NCBI GenBank assembly: GCA_030295235.1
Contig: AP026136.1
Location: 1,178,001-1,242,000, forward strand
Direction of reading: 5' to 3'
DNA length: 64,000 nucleotides
Source of the DNA: Fistulifera solaris
Taxonomy: Eukaryota
The notes under the pieces are model-generated. The model did no database searches and was not told where the DNA came from. It worked only from the letters and a program-made list of their open reading frames with translations. The translations under genes and the position numbers were made by a program. Below are positions 36,088 through 45,779 of the stretch, one piece after another; the stretch's first letter is position 1; each line of letters begins with the position of its first letter.

Positions 36088-37390
36088 ACTGCATAACTCT
36101 GAAGTCACCCTATAAACCGTCACTTTGCAGTATTATCATTTCTTCCCATTGAGTTATAACGGGACCATTTAGTGGTTTCTTTCGAAATGGTTATTATACC
36201 GCCGGTACTCCGCACCCCAATTTTGTTGAATAAACAATGTAGCTAGTCGATTAACCCGGAGGGACGATCATTGCTGATATGTGAACACCTTTGTGTGAGA
36301 CCCAGGGATAAAGAAAGAACCAAGTTTCAACACCGGAGTCCATTCGTGATGTATAATAACATCATCCCGCACTGTCGATAAGTGTATGCATTTTGAGCAT
36401 ACGTGATAGTCAACAATGATAGTTCTCAACTACATTACCGATGCACAGCTCGCTCTGATTGCTTGGATCGTTCAAACCTAATTAAAAACTATGGTCCGAA
36501 ATGTAAGTCCATTTTTGCCAAGACTGGAAAATCAGTCAATGGTCACGAGCAATAGCGAAGATATTGTACACCAATTATCGTGTTACTGAGACATATCTCT
36601 GTGTACCTTAATAAAAACCTTTGAACTGCTGTAATGGATCACTATTGGCTTCGCGCTTGATGCATGGCTCACTGCGATGGATGTCAGATCGTCCTAGATA
36701 GTTCACTTAGATTTACTAAGTGGGCCACTGGATTTTCAGTCATGAGTCATTAACCGTTCGCGAACACGGCACTTGGCACTTGGCAAGTGATTTGATTTCT
36801 TCTGTGATTTCCTCTTGGCAGCACGAAGAAGAATAATGACTCCTCGTTCTCTCTGTTCTTTATGACCATACTTTGATAGTTTCTGTAGATGACGTTGTAT
36901 GACTAACTCTAGAGAGAAGAGTCAAGAGTCAACCGTCACCCCTACAATTGGTTTTCTATACCGGTGCGATTTGCGATAATGGCAACATTTTAGGCGTCGT
37001 ATTTTACATTTAGGCAGTCTAAAGTCCGAAAGTTGTGTGGTTTTCGACTTGCGGTTTCCGTTTCTGGCGCTTGTATTCGGCTGAGTGCCGGTTGCGCTTC
37101 TCTCTTATGTATAGTGAAGGCAATTTTTGTCGTTCGTCATCGAACATCGGCTGGCGCGCCACTCCCTCCCTCCACTCCTTCCACGCCACCAAAATAGAGC
37201 AACAACCACCTCCATCCGCCACAGCAATCTTGAAATTTTTATCACCTCAATCGTCACAACGAAACGACCCAAATACTTTCCAGAGAGCGAGTGCCTAATT
37301 GCCTCCTTTCAGTTCTTTTCTTCTTTCTTCCCTTCTCGCTGTTCAGGTCTTCTTCCCTAGCAGCGCAGTATTAGTGAAGGAGCATTGTGA

Positions 37391-37549
37391 ATGCTTGTAA
37401 GTAGCGCGCAAATGCATTTTCTCGAGTTGATGATAATCCGTCAACGGCTCGCTCACCTTTGTGTTCTCCATTAGCCCGTACCAATTGTGGTTTTCTTCGT
37501 TCCTTTCCTCTTGGCAGTTCCCGGACCTGCCAAGGCTTACCCTAGCTAG
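37391..37549 (+). promoter_or_regulatory. Spliced upstream ORF (26 aa, MLPVPIVVFFVPFLLAVPGPAKAYPS*) in the AdoMetDC leader
   Basis: ATG CTT (37391-37396), then an intron GTAAGT...CTCAC...TTAG (37397-37474), then exon 37475-37549 open to CCT AGC TAG, 15 nt before the main ATG. Confidence 0.72.
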
Positions 37550-37564
37550 CAGCGCGTAATTAAG

Positions 37565-38881
37565 ATGGCTTTTACCGAAGAAACGCACTCGACCTCTTCG
37601 AGTGATAACGAAGTCCCAGCGACTGTGGGTGGCACTGCAACTCATTTTCATCCTGCTGTTCCGGAAGATGACAACAATTCGGGTCAAGAACGTGATTACA
37701 CGGGCATGTTTGAAGGCCCGGAAAAGACTCTCGAAGTTGTCTTTCGTCGCGTCAGTGATGAATACACGGATGCGAGTACGGGTGATTTGACTCCGATGCA
37801 GACGCCTCCTAACACCAAGCTAGGTCTTCGCAACTTGACGCGAGAGCAACTCGATCGCATCTGTGCTCGAGCTCGTTGCACGATCCTTTCTTGCATTTCC
37901 AATCAGTATTTGGATGCCTATGTCTTGAGTGAGTCGTCGCTCTTTGTGTATCCCTATATGTTGGTCCTCAAGACGTGCGGAACAACGACTTTGTTGCGAT
38001 GCATCGCCACTCTCATTGACTTGGGACGCACGTTGGGACTGGAGATTGATTGGGTTGGTTACAGTCGCAAGAACTTCAATTTTCCTGGAGATCAGTCCTT
38101 TCCTCATCAGTCCTTTCATCAGGAGTTGGACTATCTCTACTCGCATCGCAATCTCTGCGAACGCTTGGACGGGTCTGGCTACACGCTAGGACCTGTTACA
38201 GGAGATCATTGGTTTGTCTTTGTGGCAGACCAGACGCTTCGCTCGAAGGCGCTGGACTGCGACACTGACCGCGTGTTGAACATCATGATGTTTGATATCG
38301 ATGAACAGGTTGCAGAGCTCTTTTACTACAACCGTTACCAAGAGTCTGATGATGAGCCCATTGCTGAGAATGATATGAAACGCATTGCTGCCGCGCAGAC
38401 GAAGGCTGCGGGTATTGACAGTCTTTGCCCAGGTGCACTTATCGACAGTGCGGCCTTTGAACCTTGCGGATACTCGATGAACGCTGTTCTTTTCCGTTCC
38501 TACAGCACGATGCATATCACCCCTGAGGCTGGATCGTCTTACGCGTCTTTTGAAACGAACCAAAAGGTCAGTTCTTACAAGAGTCTCATCAGTAATGTGA
38601 TTCGCACGTTCCGCCCGAAGCGTTTTGTAATGACGCTCATGGCGGATGAAGGTGGATTGCAGCAGATCACAGAGAATCCTTTGACCGATAACGCTTCGGC
38701 AGCAAAGATTGTGGTGCCCTTTGAGAAGAGCGGTATGAAGTGCAGCTACAAGCGTGCGAGTACGGCGTCGATTAAGGTCGAGGAAGACTGTTGCTGCTTG
38801 ATGGGAAATTGGGTTCTTGAGGAGCCTTCCAAGCAATCCTCTTCGGCGACTCAGCGAGCTCGTGGTATTTCGATTTCGTGA
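37565..38881 (+). CDS. AMD1: S-adenosylmethionine decarboxylase proenzyme (eukaryotic class)
   Basis: FEGPEKTLEV, autocleavage site YVLSE|SSLFV, LKTCGTT, FEPCGYSMN and TMHITPEAGSSYASFETN. Confidence 0.97.
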   Translation: MAFTEETHSTSSSDNEVPATVGGTATHFHPAVPEDDNNSGQERDYTGMFEGPEKTLEVVFRRVSDEYTDASTGDLTPMQTPPNTKLGLRNLTREQLDRICARARCTILSCISNQYLDAYVLSESSLFVYPYMLVLKTCGTTTLLRCIATLIDLGRTLGLEIDWVGYSRKNFNFPGDQSFPHQSFHQELDYLYSHRNLCERLDGSGYTLGPVTGDHWFVFVADQTLRSKALDCDTDRVLNIMMFDIDEQVAELFYYNRYQESDDEPIAENDMKRIAAAQTKAAGIDSLCPGALIDSAAFEPCGYSMNAVLFRSYSTMHITPEAGSSYASFETNQKVSSYKSLISNVIRTFRPKRFVMTLMADEGGLQQITENPLTDNASAAKIVVPFEKSGMKCSYKRASTASIKVEEDCCCLMGNWVLEEPSKQSSSATQRARGISIS

Positions 38882-39299
38882 AAGGAAATATGCTTGTCAA
38901 CTTAATGCGAGATAATGAGAAACACGTCCGGGGTTGAGTTTTTGCATTCTCGAGAAACTTAACATAGTAAGAAAATTGTGTCATGTGACTCGTGTCGGAC
39001 TATGGGTTGTGGTTTGTTTCTTTCATTTGTTGTATAACTTTGCTATCTGGTAGTGCGACCAATCGCCGCCTAGTCCGAAAGTCTTCTCCTGCATTCGGTT
39101 TGGCGAATGCGCCACACAGTTTGCAGTGCGAACGGAGTGTAGAAACTGACTGACACCAGTCGTGCATCGTGCATCACTATCACATAAACGTTCTGTCTGC
39201 ACGCGGGTTCGCAAAAAATGCGAACTTGTCAAGAAAATAGACGTTATTCTCCACGAAAAAGTTGTGCATTGTTCATAAAACAGGAAAAGAAGACAAAAA

Positions 39300-40876
39300 A
39301 TGATCCGCTTACTAATTTTAATATTCCTTCTGCCAACTATTACAAGTGCAGGAAACCATCCTAGAACCTGTGCAGCCCAACTTGATACGTACCGGACGTG
39401 CCTCGCCGCGAAATGCCAATCATTGCTCCCCATTGTGTGCCGGCGTCCACGTGGTTCTCAGCCCTCAAGTTTTAGCAACGATGACGGTGGCTGGTCAAAC
39501 CGTGGCCTGTGACGCTATGAAGCTGATGAGCTGTTCGTATCAAAGCTGGTGCTGCGAGAATCGAGAGGGACAGAAGACAGCTTGCGTTACAGAGGAACAA
39601 TCGTATTGGCAGTGCATAGAACAAGAAGCTGGATGTGGCGCCATTGATTGCGAAGCAGTGCTGGAACCCTCGGAGCCTGAAGAACCCGAGGAGATGGAGC
39701 CGCCAGTCATTATTCCACCGGATACAGATACTGGAGGGGACGATGAAGAGGAGGCGGAACAACCTCGTCCTTCTAACGATACTCCCTCGAACCTGTGCTG
39801 TCGAACTCAAAACGTATCAGAAATGCGTCGTCTCCAACCCCACCAAGTGCCTCGCAGCGTGCACAAACGTCGATGTCATTCTGAACCCAACCCTTTTGGC
39901 AACTATGGAGAATCCTACTCGGGCATGTTATGCATTGAATCTGAAAAGTTGCAAATTCCAGGGATGGTGTTGCAAGAACAATGAAGGTGTTGCCATGGCC
40001 TGTGAAAATGAACAAAACGCATACTGGCAGTGCATACAACAAGAAGTTGGCTGTGGCTCATTCAATTCGCGACACTGCGTTGAAGCCTGGCACAATTTCA
40101 GAAGTTGCAACCTCGACGAGCGTCACTGCAAGAGCCACCAAACAGCCAAGAACATGCCCTACACAGCTACAAGCATACCAGCAGTGCGTCTTTGCAAATC
40201 CCAAATATTGTTATCCTTCGTGTGCGAAGGTGGACGTGATTATCAATCCGAGCGCTTGTTAGCTCAAATGCAAAGCCCGACGAGAGCCTGCACCGCCATG
40301 AAAACCATGAGCTGCGGCTACCAACTATCAGCTTGCTGCAAGAACTATAGAGGCGTGGAAGTAGCCTGTGGCTCAAAAACGTGCTTACTGGCGCTGTATT
40401 GAACAAAAGGCCGGCTGTGGTGCTATTGATTGCAAGAATCTGAAACTGCCTCGTATTAGCACGAGCTCGACGCCGATGGCGAAAATGATTGAGAAGACGA
40501 AGCTGAGAAAGAAGTCTGCCCACATTTCGCCAAGAAGAGGATTGCAGAACCGAACTTCAAACTATGCAGAAATGCCACATGGCCAAAAATTGCAGTCGGG
40601 ACTGTGGCGAGACGATGGTGAAAGATAACTCCTATGAACCAATCCTGAATCTTTGCTGGATGCAAGGTTGCTGCGAAAGATGCGGAACCGAGCAAACGGG
40701 CTACCGTCAATGTCTTGAGCGTCAAACAGAATGCTCTCTTGATTGCAGGATGAATCTGGACCAGCTCGAAGTAAGCGAAGAATACTGAAGCGGCTGGCGA
40801 TTCTGCTCCTCTTTTGGAACGGAGCTTCCAGGGAGCTTTCGCTATGTGCTTGGCTGCGTTTGTAGTGTTTCAGTGA
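39300..40876 (+). pseudogene. Secreted protein with four 12-Cys modules and hydrophobic C-terminus; multiply frameshifted (pseudogene or assembly errors)
   Basis: Signal peptide MIRLLILIFLLPTITSA. Modules start at PRTCAAQLDTY, PRTCAVELKTY, PRTCPTQLQAY and DCRTELQTM, spread over all three frames. The tail is GAFAMCLAAFVVFQ*. Confidence 0.7.
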
Positions 40877-42281
40877 GACATGCATACCATTTGAATCAAC
40901 GTAAGATAAATGAATAGATATGACGTACATTTGTTGTTGTAGCGAGTTGTGCTTATCGGCTCTAAACTGCTAAACCTCCTTAACGTCTACTCATTGAAAG
41001 GGACGAAAGACTGTTAAGGAATGTAACCAGTTGATTGATCTTGCTCGCACTTCTTGCTAGTCTATCACCTTCTTTCAGTTGTAACGCTGCTGGTTTTCTG
41101 ATGTATCATTTTTAAAAGAATACCGTCTCTAAGATCACGTTGAAGATGAACTTCCAACGCCGTGTTTACTGACTCCTTAACAAGACACGCCGCAATGTAG
41201 CAGTCCTCTCACTTCGTCAATCGTCGCGAACTCTATTTTCACGACATCCGTTGTATCAATAGGTCGAAAAGTCGATAAAGGAAATCCATGTCGTGACGTT
41301 TCGTGCTGAACAAGCGCAGAGCCTTTAATAAATATTTCTGTCACGTCGGCGAATGTACTATTGTTGAACACAAGCGATCTTCTTCAAAGCGATCACGGAA
41401 CTCAAAATCATTTATGTCCCTTTGATAAACTCTTCGACAATTGCTGCGACAGCGGCGGGGTTGCCTAAATCAAGAGAAAGACCTGAAGTCATGACGCTGC
41501 ACTGGTGAAGTCCGACGCAATGAGGACCCTCTTCTTCACTTGTGAATGTGCTTTGATTATTCATTCTCTTTAAAAAATACAAGAAAGGGATAATTGCAAA
41601 CGCCGCTAAAAAACACACTGCATCGCTAAACAACGCTGCGCTTCTTTGTTGTGCTAGTAAGCAAGAACCTATAACACTAGTAAGTCAAAGTTAACTATAG
41701 TTCAAAAGTGTTGACCGTTTTTCGGCACGACTAGATTGAGTCATGATAGCCTTTCTATTGTAATACCACCATTAAAATCGAATGCGAACTAGACTTACTA
41801 CGTTTGTTTTTTTGTTTGTTTGCTTCCTCATTAATTATCGTCAACGCTTTGTCTTCTTTCAGAGGACCCTTTTATCTTTCAATCCTTGTATACAAAGTAG
41901 TGACATCACTCATTTAAGCGATCGCCTCAACAAATATGACGATGGCATCTCTTTCGAGTCGCTATTTGTTAAGGAAGCACAGTGCTGTCTTCACGCGCTA
42001 TAAGTAGTCCATTGTCCATTCTCACTTGACCATTCTCGGATTTACCGCCCCAGGACTGCGACGTGACTGTTTTTACCACAGGGTGATGGTGCCTCGACAG
42101 CTGGATATAATTCTTAGCACGAGATGCGTAAAACTTTTCAACCAAAAAATGATTTAATGCATCTTCAACTTTAAAATGAACAGAAACGTTGAAGCGTTAT
42201 AACTGCTATAATTTATGCATTATAAAGGAATTATGAGCACGAATGGATGGCTTTAGCAAATGAAAAGGGTCTGCGAGGTGT

Positions 42282-42860
42282 TCAGGCGACCCCCTTCGTG
42301 ATTATGCGAATACTTCGTCGCATGAAACTGGGACTCTTGGTCAACTTTTCACGGAAACTTCCGCGGAGACTATTCGGTGATTTGGATAGCTCTCGAGGTG
42401 AAGTGGTGGGTGTTGTGGTTTCTTTGATAACTGCTTTGAAATATATCTTTGTCTTCGTCGGTGCGACTGTAACCGGAACGGTATATTCCGCGCCTTTTTC
42501 AAACATTGGTTTTATTTCATCAAGGAAGTTCATTGCCTTTTCAAGAATTGAGCTCGCTACGCCCTTTCCAGCAAGGGCGCCTTCGAGATGATGCAGCATC
42601 TTGTTGAAATGAACAATACCCAAGCCTTTCTCTTGAAAAAGAATTTGGTGCTGTTTGAAAATACGCTCCAAGTCTTCTTCCGATGGTAAGCCAGCGTAAG
42701 CGGCTTTTAAAATACTGAGTGAATGGATCTTGAGAAACGAGAGACGAGTTCTCGAGAAGAATGGATACAGATCTTCATCATTCATGAAGCGTCGAAACAA
42801 ATCGTCCACTACAGATCGAACAACATCTGTTCCAAGATCGTGTACTGATTTCACGCTCAT
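42282..42860 (-). CDS. Group I (2/2) truncated hemoglobin-like globin with basic C-terminal tail
   Basis: VRSVVDDLFRRFMNDEDLYPFF, a proximal His region (IFKQHQILF) and GLGIVHFNKMLHHL..AL...GV. Confidence 0.78.
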   Translation of the reverse strand: MSVKSVHDLGTDVVRSVVDDLFRRFMNDEDLYPFFSRTRLSFLKIHSLSILKAAYAGLPSEEDLERIFKQHQILFQEKGLGIVHFNKMLHHLEGALAGKGVASSILEKAMNFLDEIKPMFEKGAEYTVPVTVAPTKTKIYFKAVIKETTTPTTSPRELSKSPNSLRGSFREKLTKSPSFMRRSIRIITKGVA

Positions 42861-43872
42861 GTTTAGATCTCTTTGAGTTTATGAAAAGATAGTGAATGTA
42901 ATGGGAAATAGTTCGACTTTGATGCGGTTGAGAATTAACTGGTACGTGGTAATGGTAATGAGAAAAAAGGTCGCCAAGTCAAAAACAGAAAAAATTTGGC
43001 GTATAACCAATAACGATAAAACGCAAGACAACGCGGGAAGATCCAAGATTTATTCGGGCCTTTTGCATCCAATCAAAAGGCAGGTGTCGTCGAAGGCTTC
43101 TGATAAATAGCAAGTGACATTACTCATTGATGCTGTTGTACAAAATCATCTACTGTGTTGGAAATCGGGGCTATTGTTTTGGGTTGTCCGTGTTTCTGTG
43201 ATGCTGCGATAAAGAGAGTACTCCGTATTCTACTTCATTCGTGGTCCATTTCACTTCAATCGTGGCCCTTGTCTAGTATAGCTTGCAATGTGGAGAAGGT
43301 GTCTTGGTGTCTTTCTTGTATGAGAAGCGAAAACCCCAACGCAACCCCACAGCTCACAAACTCACTGCCGCAAGCCCCAACCAAAGCTGCTAAGAAGAAC
43401 GATCACTACAGTGTTGCGAGAACAGAGCTTTGGTTCTATCGAGACTGTTGCTATCTCGATCGGAAGCTATGGCAAGTAGTTTGATGGTAAATACCATAAC
43501 CAACTCGCCGGGGCATTTTGATTTACAAGAGGAGTGAAATTGATACCACTTCATCTAAGCTATTTTACTTTGTAGAATTTGCGCATCGTATGTAGCTAAG
43601 CAAAGGGGATGCGCTTCATGTGCATTGAAAAATGAATCTTTCAGATTTCTATCAGCAATACAGAGCCCGTTTTTGTTAAGCGGCTGGACTTCCTTGATCA
43701 TGCCGTTGTTGCATTCAATCAACATCAACGACACACTCCATAGTGTATTGAAGCGGCGGCACGTACTAGCAACGGACAAGCCTACAAAATTATAGTATGA
43801 CAGTACCCAAAATGCATATAAATGGTAGACTCGTAGCGATTGCACTAGTTCGTGGTAAGTTTGTCTCGGACT

Positions 43873-45143
43873 TTACTGTTTGGTCTTGTCCCCCGTCTCT
43901 TCTAGACCACTGTCTGCACTATCAGTCTGTTGGAACGATTTTGCTTGCGGAATCACTTTCTTTAAGCAGCCGAGGAACGTTGTCATCAATTCTCCATCCT
44001 TAAAGCGAAATAAATACAAGACAGGCTTGGTGCCTTCGTCGGAGAACTCCACGCTGCTGACACGAACAACCTTGTCGGTATGCGGATCAGCCGTCGATTC
44101 GCGACCAATCAGTAGATTGATAAGAACTTTTGTTGGTTTACCTCCTTCTTCCGCTTGTCGTCGTTGAGTGAGACGAGCGAATCGATTGGTCGCATTGGGG
44201 ATCTGTAAAAGTCGGACTGGTCCTACACCCTGTTCGACCCACGTGTGCTGCTCTTTGCTGCCAGTAGTACCTTCATCTTCATGCTTATTCACATCATTAC
44301 CATCATTCTCTTCAGTGCTTCCCTTCTCGGTGTTTGATTTAGTGAACAGTTCCGTGGAGGGCACCGACGGAGCCGACGTTTCTTGTTGTGTTTCCGTGAC
44401 AAGAGCTTTCTTCATCCATCGGTATGATTTGCAGCGAACTTCTAGCTCAAGTTTATATTCTTCTTCTCCGGATTCAAGTACATATTCATCCGGTAAAGTC
44501 ACAACTGGATTCGATGGAGTATTGTTGAGGGATGTGTCCAGCGTGGGAACATTGTCATCATTGTCTTCTGTGGCAGTAAGTGATTTGGCAGTTACCGTCG
44601 CATCGTTGCCTTTAATGGTTCCGAATGTAAACGAGCTGGAGGGTGTTGACGAGCTTAGAGAAGCGAAACCACCGAAGGTGGCAGGCGCAGTTGACGATGT
44701 GTCTTTGGCACTACCAAATCCATTCGCCGAAGCGACCGAACCAAAGCCTTGAAATCCCGATGAGGCACCGAAGATGGAAGGACCGGAGACATCTTTCTCA
44801 TTACTCGAAAGGGAGCCAAAACTGCGGAAACCAGTGGCAGCACCAAATACAGATGTCGAAGTTCCTCCGGACAAAGTCAGTTGAATTGATGCGAAAGGGT
44901 TGCTAGATTTTGATTCTTTTCCGTATCGTCTTCTTTTGCACTTTTCGATTCATCAGCACCGTTTTCTTGAACAGAAGACAAAGCAGGTCGCCTTACGCGA
45001 ACGATACGACGAGCGTTGAGTTGCTCTGCAGATGCTTTAGTGATGCCGAAAGTGACCTCTTGATCGGAATTGTTGTCATTGTCGTTGTCTTGCTCTGTAT
45101 CATCTTTCGTAATCTGTCGATCGGCGGCTCGTTTGGAAGACAT
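43873..45143 (-). CDS. NUP50: Nucleoporin Nup50/Nup2-like (N-terminal importin-alpha-binding motif, FG repeats, RanBD); 1-nt frameshift at ~44917
   Basis: MSSKRAADRQITKD, KASAEQLNARRIVRV, NPFA (after frame repair), FG/FxFG repeats, and RanBD motifs SGEEE...RCKSY and WVEQGVGPVRL. Confidence 0.8.
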
Positions 45144-45779
45144 TTCATTAAGTTAAATGAGATTAGCTAACAGGAAAGTGAAACAAATGCGAGTTGAAAA
45201 GGTACGCAATGGAAAATAATGAAGAAGATATCCAGATTGATGTAGAATGCAATTGAATGCCAGTATAATAGGTCGCTGCTTCTGTAGTTGCAACGTTGCA
45301 ACCAGGACGACCGCAGTACAGACTGTCGTGTCGGTTTGGCTTTAAATCTCTAGCTACCAGTAGTATGTCGAAAGTTAAAAGCATTTATTAACGATTGAAT
45401 GGCCTTCAGTCACGAACCGCGTCAATGTGACTTAGAGTCCATGTAATTAATTTGTAAACACGTTTCGCTGGTTATAGACCCCAAAATTTTTTTTTCTCTG
45501 GTTATGAACAAATTCTCGTCACCGTCTCCATTCATTCATGTGACCGCAATGATAACCAAGTTAGAGCAGTTGCTGTGATCGTACGTGCTCGGAATAATGA
45601 CTCATTTGATAGTTTGCTTAACATGATAAAGACGCTGAAGTGAATAACATCGGAACTCAAAAACAGGTGAACTGCAGTAGTGAAAAGAACAATAGAAACC
45701 ATCGTTTAGCAAGCTGACTGAAACTAAGTCTAAGCTGGCCATCTTTCGAAACCTTTCATCCCTTATCGTGACTTTAGAA

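Noticed and set aside
38879..38910. Vertebrate AMD1-like long C-terminal readthrough tail
   Set aside because: The TGA is followed by A and a second in-frame stop appears after only seven codons.
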